From assembly GCA_965203295.1 (NCBI GenBank), contig CBDBCZ010000018.1, positions 1,952,001-2,016,000 of the forward strand: a stretch of 64,000 nt of DNA, given 5' to 3'. Each line of letters starts with the position of its first letter. The first letter of the stretch is position 1. This DNA comes from Nitrospirales bacterium (GTDB taxonomy: Bacteria; Nitrospirota; Nitrospiria; Nitrospirales; UBA8639). Below are positions 14,901 through 31,017 of this stretch, one piece after another. The notes beneath the pieces are model-generated. The model saw only the letters and a list, made by a program, of their open reading frames with translations. It was not told where the DNA came from and ran no database searches. The translations under genes were made by a program, and so were the position numbers.

Positions 14901-17900
14901 TCAACCAAACTAAACAAGCCTATGAATAACAAGTTCCTTTCTTGAACATCGATACTTCCTAGGCATGTATTGTATCCGACCAACATCATTTAAAGTAAAC
15001 AAGTCTTTGAATAACCAGTTCTTTTCCTAAACAGTTGGGAAGGGTCAGATCAATGGTAGCTAGTTACTTTGGCTCAAATTCTTCGCTAGAGACCAACAAA
15101 ACTAACAATTTTCAATAAAATCCTTCTTTCCTAATCTTCAGACTAACATCAACCAAACTAAACAAGCCTTTGAATAACAAGTTCTTTTCCTAAACAGTTG
15201 GGAAGGGTCAGATCAATGGTAGCTAGTTACTTTGGCTTAAAGTCTTTGCTAGAGACAAACAAAACTAACAATTTTCAATAAAATCCTTCTTTCCTAATCA
15301 ATGGTAGCTAGTTACTTTGGCTTAAAGTCTTTGCTAGAGACCAACAAAACTAACAATTTTCAATAAAATCCTTCTTTCCTAATCTTCAGGCTAACATCAA
15401 CAAAACTAAATAGGTCTTTGAATAACCAGTTCTTTTTCTAAACAGTTCGGAAGGGTCTGATAAATGGTAGCCAGATACTTTGGCATAAAGTCTTTGCTAG
15501 AGACCAACAAAACTTACAATTTTCAATAAAATCCTTCTTTCCTAATCTTCAGACTAACATCAACCAAACTAAACAAGCCCTTGAATAACCAGTTCCTTTC
15601 TTGAACATCGATACTTCCTAAGCATGTATTGTATCCGACTAACATCATTTAAACTAAACAAGCCTTTGAATAACCAGTTCTTTTCCTAAACAGTTGGGAA
15701 GGGTCAGATCAATGGTAGTTAGTTACTTTGGCTCAAAGTCTTTGTTAGAGACTAACAAAACTAACGATTTTCCATAAAATACTTCTTTTCTAATCTGCAA
15801 ACTAACATCAAGCAAACTAAACAAGCCTTTGAATAACCAGTTCCTTTCTTGAACATCGATACTTCCTAAGCATTATTGTATTTGACTAACATCATTCAAA
15901 CTAAACTAGCCTTTGAATAACCAGCTCTTTTTCTAAACAGTTGGGAAGGGTCAGATAAATGGTAGCTAGTGACTTTGGCTTAAAGTCTTTGCTAGAGACC
16001 TACAAAACTAACAATTTTCAAGAAAATCCTTCTTTCCTAATCTTAAGACTAAAATCAACAAAACTAAACAGGCCTTTGAATAACCAGTTCTTTTTCTAAA
16101 CAGTTCGGAAGGGTCTGATAAATGGTAGCTATTTACTTTGGCTTAAAGTCCTTACTAGAGACCAACAAAACTAACAATTTTCAATAAAATCCTTCTTTCT
16201 TAATCTTCAGACTAACTTCATTCAAACTAAACAAGCCTTTGAATAACAAGTTCTTTTCCTAAACAGTTGGGAAGGGTCAGATCAAAGGTAGCTAGTTAAT
16301 TTGGCTTAAAGTCTTTGCTAGAGACCAACAAAACTAACAATTTTCAATAAAATCCTTCTTTCCTAATCTGCAGACTAATATCAACCAAACTAAACAAGCC
16401 TTTAAATAACCTGTTCCTTTCTTGAACATCGATACTTCCTAAGCATGTATTGTATTTGACTAACATCATTCAAAATAAACAAGCCTTTGAATAACAGGTT
16501 CTTTTCCTAAACAGTTAGGAAGGGTCAGATCAATGGTAGCTTGTTACTTTGGCTGAAAGTCTTTGCCTGAGACCAACAAAACTAACAATTTTCAATAAAA
16601 TCCTTCTTTCTTAATCTTCAGACTAACATCAACCAAACTAAACAAGCCTTGGATTAACAAGTTCCTTTCTTGAACATCGATACTTCCTAAGCATGTATTG
16701 TATCCGACTAACATCATTTAAACTAAACAAGCCTTTGAATAACCAGTTCTTTTCCTAAACGGTTGGAAAGGGTCAGATCAATGGTAGCTAGTTACTTTGG
16801 CTCAAAGTCTTTGCTAGAGACTAACAAAACTAACGATTTTCTATAAAATCCTTCTTTCCTAATCTTCAGGCTAACATCAACAAAACCAAACAGGTCTTTG
16901 AATAACCAGTTCTTTTTCTAAACAGTTCGGAAGGGTCTGATAAATGGTAGCTAGTTTCTTTGGCATAAATGCTTTGCTAGAGACCAACAAAACTAACAAT
17001 TTTATATAAAATCCTTCTTTCCTAATCTTCAGACTAACATCATTTAAACTAAACAAGCCTTTGAATAACAAGTTCCTTTACTACACAGTTGGGAAGGGTC
17101 AGATCAATGGTAGCTAGTTACTTTGGCTTAAAGTCTTTGCTAGAGACCAACAAAACTAACAATTTTAAATAAAATCGTTCTTTCCTAATCAATGGTAGCT
17201 AGTTACTTTGGCTTAAAGTCTTTGCTAGAGACCAACAAAACTAACAATTTTCAATAAAATCCTTCTTTCCTAATCTGCAGACTAACATCAACAAAACTAA
17301 ACAAGCCTTTGAATAACTAGTTATTTTGTTGAACATCGATACTTCCTAAGCATATATTGTATCCGACTAACATCATTTAAACTAAACAAGCCTTTGAATA
17401 ACCAGTTCTTTTCCTAAACAGTTGGGAAGGGTCAGATCAATGGTGGCTAGTTACTTTGGCTCAAAGTTTTTGCTAGAGACTAACAAAACTAACGATTTTC
17501 TATAAAATCCTTCTTTCCTAATCTGCAGACTAACATATAGAAAACTAAACAAACCTTTGAATAACCAGTTCCTTTCTTGAACATCGATACTTCCTAAGGA
17601 TTATTGTATTTGACTAACATCATTCAAACTAAACTAGCCTTTGAATAACCAGTTCTTTTTCTAAACAGTTCGGAAGGGTCAGATCAATGGTAACTAGTTA
17701 CTTTGGCTTAAAGTCTTTACTAGAGAACAACAAAACTAACAATTTTCAATAAAATCCTTCTTTCCTAATCTTCAGACTAACTTAATTCAAACTAAACAAG
17801 CCTTTGAATAACAATTTCTTTTCCTAAACAGTTGGGAAGGGTCAGATCAAAGGTAGCTAGTTACTTCGGCTTAAAGTCATTGCTAGAGACCAACAAAACT

Positions 17901-20900
17901 AATAATTTTCAATAAAATACTTCTTTCCTAATCTTCAGACTAACATCAACAAAACTAAACAAGCCTTTGAATAACCAGTTCCTTTCTTGAACATCGATAC
18001 TTCCTAAGGATGTATTGTATTTGACTAACATCATTCAAACTAAACTAGCCTTTGAATAACCAGTTCGTTTCCTAACCAGTTGGGAAGGGTCAGATCAATG
18101 GTAGCTAGTTACTTGGGATTAAAGTCTTTGCCAGAGACAAAAAAATAACAATTTTTGAGTAAAATTCTTCTTTCCTAATCTTCAGACTAACATCAACCAA
18201 ACTAAACCGGCATTTGAATAACCAGTTCCTTTCTTGAACATCGATACTTCCTAAGCATGTATTGAATCCGACAAACATCATTTAAACTAAACAAGCCTTT
18301 GAATAACCAGTTCTTTTCTTAAACAGTTGGGAAGGGTCAGATTAATGGTAGCTAGTTACTTTGGCTCAAAGTCTTTGCTAGAGACCAACAAAACTAACGA
18401 TTTTCTATAAAATACTTCTTTCCTAATCTGCAGACTAACATCAACCAAACTAAACTAGCTTTGAATAACCAGTTCCTTTCTTGAACATCGATACTTCCTA
18501 AGGATGTATTGTGTTTGACTAACATCATTCAAACTAAACTAGCCTTTGAATAACCAGTTCGTTTCCTAAAATGTTGGGAAGGGTCAGATCAATGGTAGCT
18601 AGTTTACTTTGGCTTAAAGTCTTTGCCAGAGACAAAAAAAATAACAATTTTTGAGTAAAATTCTTCTTTCCTAATCTTCAGACTAACATCAACCAAACTA
18701 AACCGGCCTTTGAATAACCAGTTCCTTTCTTGAACATCGATACTTCCTAAGCATGTATTGTATCTGACTAACATCATTCAAACTAAACAAGCCTTTGCAT
18801 AACCAATTCTTTTCCTAAACAGTGGGGAAGGGTCAGATCAATGGTAGCTTGTTAATTTGGCTTAAAGTCTCTGCCAGAGACCAACAAAACTAAAAATTTT
18901 CAATAAATCCTTCTTTCCTAATCTTCAGACAAACATGAACAAAACTAAACAAGCCTTTGAATAACAAGTTCCTTTCTTGAACATCAATACTTCCTAGGCA
19001 TGTATTGTATTTGACTAACATCATTCAAACTAAACAAGCTTTGAATAACCAGTTCTTTTTCTAAACAGTTGGGAAGGGTTAGATCAATGGTAGCTAGTTA
19101 CTTCGGCTCCGCAGACTAACATCAACCAAGCCTTTGAATAACCAGTTCCTTTCTTGAACATTGATACTTCCTAAGCATGTATTGAATCCGACTAACATCA
19201 TTTAAACTAAACAAGCCTTTGAATAACCAGTTCTTTTCCTAAACAGTTGGGAAGGGTCAGATCTATGGTAGCTAGTTACTTTGGCTTAAAGTCTTTGCTA
19301 GAGACCAACAAAACTAACGATTTTCTATAAATCCTTTTTTCCTAATCTTCAGACAAACATCAACAAAACTAAACAAGCCTTTGAATAACAAGTTCCTTTC
19401 TTGAACATCGATACTTTTTAGGCATGTATTGTATTTGACTAACATCATTCAAACTAAACAAGCCTTTGAATAACCAGTTATTTTCCAAAACAGTTGGGAA
19501 GGGTCAGATCAATGGTAGCTTGTTACTTTGGCAGAAAGTCTTTGCCTGAGACAAAAAAAAAATAACAATTTTCAATAAAATCCTTCTTTCCTAATCTTCA
19601 GACTAACATCAACCAAACTAAACAAGCCTTTGAATAACCAGTTCCTTTCTTGAACATCGATACTTCCTAAGCGTGTATTGTATCTGACTAACATCATTCA
19701 AACTAAACAGGCCTTTGAATAACCATTTCTTTTTCTAAACAGTTGGGAAGGGTCAGATAAATGGTAGCTAGTTACTTTGGCTTAAAGTCTTTGCTAGAGA
19801 CCAACGAAACTAACAATTTTCAATAAAATCCTACTTTCCAAATCTTCAGACTAACATCATTAAAACTAAAAAAGCCTTTGAATAACCAGTTCTTTTTCTA
19901 AACAGTTGGGAAGGGTCAGATCAAAGGGAGCTAGTTACTTTGGCTCAAAGTATTTGCTAGAGACCAACAAAACTAAAGATTTTCTATAAAATACTTCTTT
20001 CCTAATCTGCAGACTAACATCAAGCAAACTAAACAAGCCTTTGAATAACCAGTTCCTTTCTTGAACATCGATACTTCCTAAGCATGTATTGTATCTGACT
20101 AACATCATTCAAATTAAAAAAGCCTTTGAATAACAAGTTCTTTTCCTAAACAGTTGGGAAGGGTCAGATTAATGGTAGCCAGTTACTTTGGCTGAAAGTC
20201 TTTGCCTGAGACCAACAAAACTAACAATTTTCAATAAAATTCTTCTTTCCTAATCTTCAGACTAACATAAACCAAACTAAACAAGCCTTTGAATAACCAG
20301 TTCCTTTCTTGAACATCGATACTTCCTAAGCGTGTATTGTATCTGACTAACATCATTTAAACTAAACAAGCCTTTGAATAACCAGTTCTTTTCCTAAAAA
20401 GTTGGGAAGGGTCAGATCAATGGTTCCTTTCTTGAACATCGATACTTCCTAAGCGTGTATTGTATCTGACTAACATCATTTAAACTAAACAAGCCTTTGA
20501 ATAACCAGTTCTTTTCCTAAAAAGTTGGGAAGGGTCAGATCAATGGTAGCTAGTTACTTTGGCTTAAAGTCTTTGCTAGAGACCAACAAAACAAACGATT
20601 TTCTATAAATCCTTCTTTCCTAATCTTCAGACAAACATCAACAAAACTAAACAAGCCTTTGAATAACAAGTTCCTTTCTTGAACATCGATACTTTCTAGG
20701 CATGTATTGTTTTTGACTAACATCATTCAAACTAAACAAGCCTTTGAATAACCAGTTCTTTTCCAAAACAGTTCAGAAGGGTCAGATCAATGGTAGCCAG
20801 TTACTTTGGCTGAAAGTCTTTGCCTGAGACAAAAAAAAAATAACAATTTTCAATAAAATCCTTCTTTCCTGATCTTCAGACTAACATCAACCAAACTAAA

Positions 20901-23900
20901 CAAGCCTTTGAATAACCAGTTTCTTCCTTGAACATCGATACTTCCTAAGCGTGTATTGTATCTGACTAACATCATTCAAACTAAACAGGCCTTTGAATAA
21001 CCAGTTCTTTTTCTAAACAGTTGGGAAGGGTCAGATAAATGGTAGCTAGTTACTTTCGCTTAAAGTCTTTGCTAGAGACCAACAAAACTAACAATTTTCA
21101 ATAAAATCCTACTTTCCAAATCTTCAGACTAACATCATTAAAACTAAACAAGCCTTTGAATATCCAGTTCTTTTTCTAAACAGTTTGGAAGGGTCAGATC
21201 AAATGGAGCTAGTTACTTTGATTCAAAGTCTTTGCTAGAGACCAACAAAACTAACGATTTTCTATAAAATACTTCTTTCCTAATCTGCAGACTAACATCA
21301 ACCAAACTATACAAGCCTTTGAATAACCAGTTCCTTTCTTGAACATCGATACTTCCTAAGCATGTATTGTATCTGACTAACATCATTCAAATTAAAAAAG
21401 CCTTTGAATAACAAGTTCTTTTCATAAACAGTTGGGAAGGGTCAGATCAATGGTAGCCAGTTACTTTGGCTGAAAGTCTTTGCCGGAGACCAACAAAACT
21501 AACAATTTTCAATAAATCCTTCTTTCCTAATCTTCAGACTAACATCAACCAAACTAAACAAGCCTTTGAATAACCAGTTCTTTTTCTAAACAGTTGGGAA
21601 GGGTCAGATAAATGGTAGCTAGTTACTTTGGCTTAAAGTCTTTGGTAGAGACCAACAAAACTAACAATTTTCAATAAAATCCTTCTTTCCTTATCTTCAG
21701 ACTAACATCATTCAAACTAAACAAGTCTTTGAATAACAAGTTCCTTTCTTGAACATCGATACTTCCTAAGCTTGTATTGTATCTGACTAATATCATTCAA
21801 ACTAAACCAGCCTTTGAATAACAAGTTCCTTTCTTGAACATCGATACTTCCTAAGCTTGTATTGTATCTGACTACCATCATTCAAACTAAACAAGCCTTT
21901 GAATAACAAGTTCTTTTCCTAAACAGTTGGGAAGGGTCAGATCAAAGGTAGCCAGTTACTTTGGCTTTTAGGCTTTGCCAGAGATAAAAAAAATAACAAT
22001 TTTTGAGTAAAATTCTTCTTTCCTAATCTTCAGACTAACATCAACCAAACTAAACCGGCCTTTGAATAACCAGTTCAATTCTTGAACATCGATACTTCCT
22101 AAGCACGTATTGTATCTGACTAACTTCATTCAAACTAAACAAGCCTTTGCATTACCAATTCTTTTCCTAAACAGTTGGGAAGGGTCAGATCAATGGTAGC
22201 TTGTTACTTTGGCTTAAAGTCTTTGCCAGAGACCAACAAAACTAACAATTCTCAATAAATCCTTCTTTCCTAATCTTCAGACAAACATCAACCAAACTAA
22301 ACAAGCCTATGAATAACAAGTTCCTTTCTTGAACATCGATACTTCCTAAGCATGTATTGTATCTGACTAACATCATTCAAACTAAACAAGCTTTTGAATA
22401 ACAGGTTCTTTTCCTAAACAGTTGGGAAGGGTCAGATCAATGGTAGCCATTTACTTTGGCTGAAAGTCTTTGCCTGAGATGAAAAAAACTAACAATTTTC
22501 AATAAAATCCTTCTTTCCTAATCTTCAGACTAACATCAACCAAACTAAACAAGCCTTTGAATAACAAGTTCCTTTCTTGAACATCGATACTTCCTAAGCG
22601 TGTATTGTATATGACTAACATCATTCAAACTAAATAAGCCTTTGAATAACCAGTTCTTTTCCAAAACAGTTGGGAAGGGTCAGATCAATGGTAGCCAGTT
22701 ACTTTGGCTGAAAGTCTTTGCCTGAGACCAACAAAACAAACCATTTTCTATAAAATCCTTCTTTCCTAATCTTCAGACTAACATCAACCAAACTAAACAA
22801 GCCTTTGAATAACCAGTTCCTTTCTTGAACATTGATACTTCCTAAGCATGTATTGTATCTGACTAATATCATTCAAACAAAATAAGCCTTTGAATAACCA
22901 GCTCTTTTTCTAAACAGTTGGGAAGGGTCAGATCAATGGTAGCTAGTGACTTTGGCTTAAAGTCTTTGCTAGAGACCAACAAAACTAACAATTTTCAATA
23001 AAATCCTTCTTTCCTAATCTTCAGGCTAACGTCAACAAAATTATAAACAGGCCTTTGAATAACCAGCTCTTTTTCTAAACAGTTGGGAAGGGTCAGATCA
23101 ATGGTAGCTAGTGACTTTGGCTTAAAGTCTTTGCTAGAGACCAAAAAAACTAACAATTTTAAATAAAATCCTTCTTTCCTAATCTTCAGACTAACATCAT
23201 TCAAACTAAACAAGCCTTTGAATAACCAGTTCTTTTCCTTAACAGTTGGGAAGGGTCAGATCAATGGTAGCCAGTTACTTTGGCTGAAAGTCTTTGCCTG
23301 AGACCAACAAAACTAACAATTTTCAATAAAATCCTTCTTTCCTAATCTTCAGACTAACATCAACCAAACTAAACAAGCCTTTGAATAACAAGTTCTTTTC
23401 CTAAACAGTTGGGAAGGGTCAGATCAATGGTAGCTAGTTACTTTGGCTAAAGTCTTTGCTAGAGACAAACAAAACTAACAATTTTCAATAAAATCCTTCT
23501 TTCCTAATCAATGGTAGCTAGTTACTTTGGCTTAAAGTCTTTGCTAGAGACCAACAAAACTAACGATTTTCTATAAAATACTTCTTTCCTAATCTGCAGA
23601 CTAACATCAACCAGACTAAACAAGCCTTTGAATAACCAGTTCTTTTCTTGAACATCGATACTTCCTAAGCATGTATTGTATCTGACTAACATCAATCAAA
23701 CTAAACAAGCCTTTGCATAACCAGTTCTTTTCCTAAACAGTTGGGAAGGGTCAGATCAATGGTAGCTTGTTACTTTGGCTTAAAAAAAACTAACAATTTT
23801 AAATAAATCCTTCTTTCCTAATACCAAACTAAACAAGCCTTTGAATAACCAGTTCCTTTCTTGAACATCGATACTTCCTAAGCGTGTATTGTATATGACT

Positions 23901-25429
23901 AACATCATTCAAACTAAATAAGCCTTTGAATAACCAGTTCTTTTCCAAAACAGTTGGGAAGGGTCAGATCAATGGTAGCCAGTTACTTTGGCTGAAAGTC
24001 TTTGCCTGAGACCAACAAAACTAACCATTTTCTATAAAATCCTTCTTTGCTAATCTTCAGACTAACATCAACCAAACTAAACAAGCCTTTGATTAACCAG
24101 TTCCTTTCTTGAACATTGATACTTCCTAAGCATGTATTGTATCTGACTAATATCATTCAAACAAAATAAGCCTTTGAATAACCAGCTCTTTTTCTAAACA
24201 GTTGGGAAGGGTCAGATCAATGGTAGCTAGTGACTTTGGCTTAAAGTCTTTGCTAGAGACCAACAAAACTAACAATTTTCAATAAAATCCTTCTTTCCTA
24301 ATCTTCAGGCTAACGTCAACAAAACTAAACAGGCCTTTGAATAACCAGTTCTTTTTCTAAACAGTTCGGAAAGGTCAGATAAATGGTAGCTAGTTACTTT
24401 GGGTTAAAGTCATTGCTAGAGACCAACAAAACTAACAATTTTCAAAAAAATCCTTCTTTCCTAAACTTCAGACTAAGATCATTCAAACTAAACAAGCTTT
24501 TGAATAACCAGCTCTTTTTCTAAACAGTTGGGAAGGGTCAGATTAAAGGTAGCTAGTAACTATGGCTTAAAGTCTTTGCTAGCGACCAACAAAACTAATA
24601 ATTTTCATTAAAATCCTTCTTTCCTAATCTTCAGACTAACATCAGCAAAACTAAACAAGCCCTTGAATAACAAGTTCCTTTCTTGAACATCGATACTTCC
24701 TAAGAGTGTATTGTATCTGACTAACATCATTCAAACAAAACAAGCCTTTGAATAACAAGTTTTTTTTCTAAACAGTTGGGAAGGGTCAGATCAATGGTAG
24801 CTAGTGACTTTGGTTTAAAGTCTTTGCCAGAGACCAACAAATCTAACAATTTTCAATGAAATCCTTCTTTCCTAATCTTCAGACAAACATCAACCAAACT
24901 AAACAAGCATTTGAATAACAAGTTCCTTTCTTGAACATCAATACTTCCTAGGCATGTATTGTTTTTGACTAACATCATTCAAACTAAACAAGCTTTGAAT
25001 AACCAGTTCTTTTTCTAAACAGTTGGGAAGGGTAAGATCAATGGTAGCTAGTGACTTTGGCTTAAAGTCTTTGACAGAGACCAACAAATCAAACAATTTT
25101 CAATGAAATCCTTCTTTCCTAATCTTCAGACAAACATCAACCAAACTAAACAAGCATTTGAATAACAAGTTCCTTTCTTGAACATCAATACTTCCTGGGC
25201 ATGTATTGTATTTGACTAACATCATTCAAACTAAACAAGCCTTTGCATAACCAGTTCTTTTTCTAAACAGTTGGGAAGGGTCAGATCAATGGTAGCTAGT
25301 TACTTTGGCTCAAAGTCTTTGCTAGAGACCAACAAAACAAACCATTTTCTATAAAATACTTCTTTCCTAATCTGCAGACTAACATCAAGCAAACCAAACA
25401 AGCCTTTGAATAACCAGTTCCTTTCTTGA

Positions 25430-27960
25430 ACATCGATACTTCCTAAGCATGTATTGTATCTGACTAACATCATTCAAACTAAACAAGCCTTTGAATAACA
25501 GGTTCTTTTCCTAAACAGTTGGGAAGGGTCAGATCAATGGTAGCCAGTTACTTTGGCTGAAAGTCTTTGCCTGAGACCAACAAAACTAACAATTTTCAAT
25601 AAAATTCTTCTTTCCTAATCTGCAGACTAACATCAACCAAACTAAACAAGCCTTTGAATAACCAGTTCCTTTCTTGAACATCGATACTTCCTAAGCATGT
25701 ATTGTATTTGACTAACATCATTCAAACTAAACTAGCCTTTGAATAACAAGTTACTTTCTTGAACATAGATACTTCCTAAGCATGTATTGAATCTGACTTA
25801 TATCATTCAAACTAAACAAGCCTTTGAATAACCAGTTCGTTTCCTAAACAGTTGGGAAAGGTCAGATCAATGGTAGCTACTTACATTGGCTTAAAGTTTT
25901 TGCCAGAGACAAAAAAATAAACAATTTTTGAGTAAAATCCTTCTTTCCTAATCTTCAGACTAACATCATTCAAACTAAACCAACCTTTGAATAACAAGTT
26001 CTTTTCCTAAACAGTTGGGAAGGGTCAAATCAATGGTAGCTAGTTACTTTGGCTTAAAGTCTTTGGTAGAGACCAACAAAACTAACAATTTTCAATAAAA
26101 TCATTCTTTCCTAATCAATGGTAGATAGTTACTTTGGCTTAAAGTCTTTGCTAGAGACTAACAAAACTAACAATTTTCAATAAAATCATTCTTTCCTAAT
26201 CAATGGTAGCTAGTTACTTTGGCTTAAAGTCTTTGCTAGAGACCAAAAAAAACTAAAAATTTTCAATAAAATACTTCTCTCCTAATCTGCAGACTAACAT
26301 CAAGCAAACTAAACAAGCCTTTGAATAACCAGTTCCTTTCTTGAACATCGATACTTCCTGAGCCTGTATTGTATCTGACTAACATCATTTAAACTAAACG
26401 AGCCTTTGAATAACAAGTTCTTTTCCTAAACAGTTGGGAAGGGTCAGATCAATGGTAGCTAGTTACTTTGGCTCAAAGTCTTTGCCAGAGACAAAAAAAA
26501 TAACAATTTTTGAGTAAAATTCTTCTTTTTTAATCTTACGACCAACATCAACAAAACTAAACCGGCCTTTGAATAACCAGTTCCTTTCTTGAACATCGAT
26601 ACTTCCTAAGCATGTATTGAATCCGACTAACATCATTTAAACTAAACAAGCCTTTGGAAAACCAGTTCTTTTCCTAAACAGTTGGGAAGAGTCAGATCAA
26701 TGGTAGCTAGTTACTTTGGCTCAAAGTCTTTGCTAGAGACCAACAAAACAAACGATTTTCTATAAAATACTTCTTTCCTAATCTGCAGACTAACATCAAC
26801 CGAACTAAACAAGCCTTTGAATAACCAGTTCCTTTCTTGAACATCGATACTTCCTAAGCATGTATTGAATCCGACTAACATCATTTAAACTAAACAAGCC
26901 TTTGGAAAACCAGTTCTTTTCCTAAACAGTTGGGAAGAGTCAGATCAATGGTAGCTAGTTACTTTGGCTCAAAGTCTTTGCTAGAGACCAACAAAACAAA
27001 CGATTTTCTATAAAATACTTCTTTCCTAATCTGCAGACTAACATCAACCGAACTAAACAAGCCTTTGAATAACCAGTTCCTTTCTTGAACATCGATACTT
27101 CCTAAGCATGTATTGTATCTGACTAACATCATTCAAACTAAACAAGCCTTTGAATAACAGGTTCTTTTCCTAAACAGTTGGGAAGGGTCAGATCAATGGT
27201 AGCCAGTTACTTTGGCTGAAAGTCTTTGCCTGAGACCAACAAAACTAACAATTTTCAATAAAATCCTTCTTTCCTAATCTGCAGACTAACATCAACCAAA
27301 CTAAACAAGCCTTTGAATAACCAGTTCCTTTCTTGAACATCGATACTTCCTAAGCATGTATTGTATTTGACTAACATCATTCAAACTAAACTAGCCTTTG
27401 AATAACAAGTTACTTTCTTGAACATAGATACTTCCTAAGCATGTATTGAATCTGACTTATATCATTCAAACTAAACAAGCCTTTGAATAACCAGTTCGTT
27501 TCCTAAACAGTTGGGAAAGGTCAGATCAATGGTAGCTACTTACATTGGCTTAAAGTTTTTGCCAGAGACAAAAAAATAAACAATTTTTGAGTAAAATCCT
27601 TCTTTCCTAATCTTCAGACTAACATCATTCAAACTAAACCAACCTTTGAATAACAAGTTCTTTTCCTAAACAGTTGGGAAGGGTCAAATCAATGGTAGCT
27701 AGTTACTTTGGCTTAAAGTCTTTGGTAGAGACCAACAAAACTAACAATTTTCAATAAAATCATTCTTTCCTAATCAATGGTAGATAGTTACTTTGGCTTA
27801 AAGTCTTTGCTAGAGACTAACAAAACTAACAATTTTCAATAAAATCATTCTTTCCTAATCAATGGTAGCTAGTTACTTTGGCTTAAAGTCTTTGCTAGAG
27901 ACCAAAAAAAACTAAAAATTTTCAATAAAATACTTCTCTCCTAATCTGCAGACTAACATC
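25430..27960 (+). repeat. Duplicated satellite block (~870 bp) at 1659-bp offset
   Basis: TTACTTTCTTGAACATAGAT occurs at 25751 and 27410, each followed by the same double 85-bp internal duplication. Ends are approximate. Confidence 0.8.
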
Positions 27961-30900
27961 AACAAAACTAAACCGGCCTTTGAATAACCAGTTCCTTTCT
28001 TGAACATCGATACTTCCTAAGCATGTATTGAATCCGACTAACATCATTTAAACTAAACAAGCCTTTGGAAAACCAGTTCTTTTCCTAAACAGTTGGGAAG
28101 AGTCAGATCAATGGTAGCTAGTTACTTTGGCTCAAAGTCTTTGCTAGAGACCAACCAAACAAACGATTTTCTATAAAATACTTCTTTCCTAATCTGCAGA
28201 CTAACATCAACCGAACTAAACAAGCCTTTGAATAACCAGTTCCTTTCTTGAACATCGATACTTCCTAAGGATGTATTGTATTTGACTAACATCATTCAAA
28301 CTAAACTAGCCTTTGAATAACCAGTTCGTTTCCTAAACAGTTGGGAAGGGTCAGATCAATGGTAGCTAGTTACTTGGGCTTAAAGTCTTTGCCAGAGACA
28401 AAAAAAATAACAATTTTTGAGTAAAATTCTTCTTTCCTAATCTTCAGACTAAAATCAACCAAACTAAACCGGCCTTTGAATAACCAGTTCCTTTCTTGAA
28501 CATCGTTACTTCCTAAGCATGTATTGAATCCGACTAACATCATTTAAACTAAACAAGGCTTTGAATAACCAGTTCTTTTCCTAAACAGTTGAGAAGGGTC
28601 AGATCAATGGTAGCTAGTTACTTTGGCTCAAAGTCTTTGCTAGAGACCAACAAAACTAACGATTTTCTATAAAATACTGCTTTCCTAATCTGCAGACTAA
28701 CATCAACCAAACTAAACTAGCCTTTGAATAACCAGTTCCTTTCATGAACATCGATACTTCCTAAGGATGTATTGTATTTGACTAACATCATTCAAACTAA
28801 ACTAGCCTTTGAATAACCAGTTCTTTTCCAAAACAGTTGGGAAGGGTCAGATCAATGGTAGCCAGTTACTTTGGCTGAAAGTCTTTGCCTGAGGCCAACA
28901 AAACTAACCATTTTCTTTAAAATCCTTCTTTCCTAATCTTCAGACTAACATCAACCAAACTAAACAAGCCTTTGAATAACAAGTTCCTTTCTTGAACATT
29001 GATACTTCCTAAGCATGTATTGAATCCGACTAACATCATTTAAACTAAACAAGCCTTTGAATAACCAGTTCCTTTCTTGAACATTGATACTTCCTAAGCA
29101 TGTATTGTATCTGACTAACATCATTCAAACTAAACAAGCCTTTGCATAACCAATTCTTTTCCTAAACAGTTGGGAAGGGTCAGATCAATGGTAGCTAACT
29201 TCATTCAAACTAAAAAAACCTTTGAATAACAAGTTCTTTTCCTAAACAGTTGGGAAGGGTCAGATCAATGGTAGCTAGTTAATTTGGCTAAAAGTCTTTG
29301 CTAGAGACAACAAAACTAACAATTTTCAATAAAATCCTTCTTTCCTAATCTTCAGACTAACATCATTCAAACTAAACAAGCCTTTGAATAACAAGTTCCT
29401 TTCTTGAACATCGATACTTCCTAAGCTTGTATTGTATCTGACTAATATCATTCAAACTAAACCAGCCTTTGAATAACAAGTTCCTTTCTTGAACATCGAT
29501 ACTTCCTAAGCTTGTATTGTATCTGACTAACATCATTCAAACTAAACAAGCCTTTGAATAACAAGTTCTTTTCCTAAACAGTTGGGAAGGGTCAGATCAA
29601 AGGTAGCCAGTTACTTTGGCTTTTAGGCTTTGCCAGAGATAAAAAAAAATAACAATTTTTGAGTAAAATTCTTCTTTTCCTAATCTTCAGACTAACATCA
29701 ACAAAACTAAACCGGCCTTTGAATAACCAGTTCAATTCTTGAACATCAATACTTCCTAAGCACGTATTGTATCTGACTAACATCATTCAAACTAAACAAG
29801 CCTTTGCATTACCAATTCTTTTCCTAAACAGTTGGAAAGGGTCAGATCAATGGTAGCTTGTTACTAACAAAACTAACAATTTTCAATAAATCCTTCTTTC
29901 CTAATCTTCAGACAAACATCAACCAAACTAAACAAGCCTATGAATAACAAGTTCCTTTCTTGAACATCGATACTTCCTAGGCATGTATTGTATCCGACCA
30001 ACATCATTTAAACTAAACAAGCCTTTGAATAACCAGTTCTTTTCCTAAACAGTTGGGAAGTGTCAGATCAATGGTAGCTAGTTACTTTGGCTCAAATTCT
30101 TTGCTAGAGACCAACAAAACTAACAATTTTCTATAAAATACTTCTTTCCTAATCTGCAGACTAACATCAACCAAACTAAATAAGCCTTCGAATAACCAGT
30201 TCATTTCTTGAACATCGATACTTCCTAAGCATGTATTGAATCTGACTAACATCATTCAAACTAAACAAGCCTTTGAATAACAGGTTCTTTTCCTAAACAG
30301 TTGGGAAGGGTCAGATCAATGGTAGCCATTTACTTTGGCTGAAAGTCTTTGCCGGAGATGAAAAAAACTAACAATTTTCAATAAAATCCTTCTTTCCTAA
30401 TCTTCAGACTAACTTCATTCAAACTAAACAAGCCTTTGAATAACCAGTTCTTTCCTAAACAGTTGGGAAGGGTCAGATCAATGGTAGCCAGTTACTTTGG
30501 CTGAAAGTCTTTGCCTGAGACCAACAAAACTAACAATTTTCAATAAAATCCTTCTTTCCTAATCTTCAGACTAACATCAACCAAACTAAACAAGCCTTTG
30601 AATAACAAGTTCCTTTCCTAAACAGTTGGGAAGGGTCAGATCAATGGTAGCTAGTTACTTTGGCTTAAAGTATTTGCTAGAGACCAACAAAACTAACAAT
30701 TTTCAATAAAATCATTCATTCCTAATCAATGGTAGCTAGTTACGTTGGCTTAAAGTCTTTGCTAGAGACCAACAAAACTAACAATTTTCAATAAAATCCT
30801 TCTTTCCTAATCTGCAGACTAACATCAACAAAACTAAACAAGCCTTTGAATAACCAGTTCATTTCTTGAACATCGATACTTCCTAAGGATTATTGTATTT

Positions 30901-31017
30901 GACTAACATCATTCAAACTAAACTAGCCTTTGAATAACCAGCTCTTTTTCTAAACAGTTGGGAAGGGTCTGATAAATGGTAGCTAGTTACTTTGGCTTAA
31001 AGTCTTTGCTAGAGACA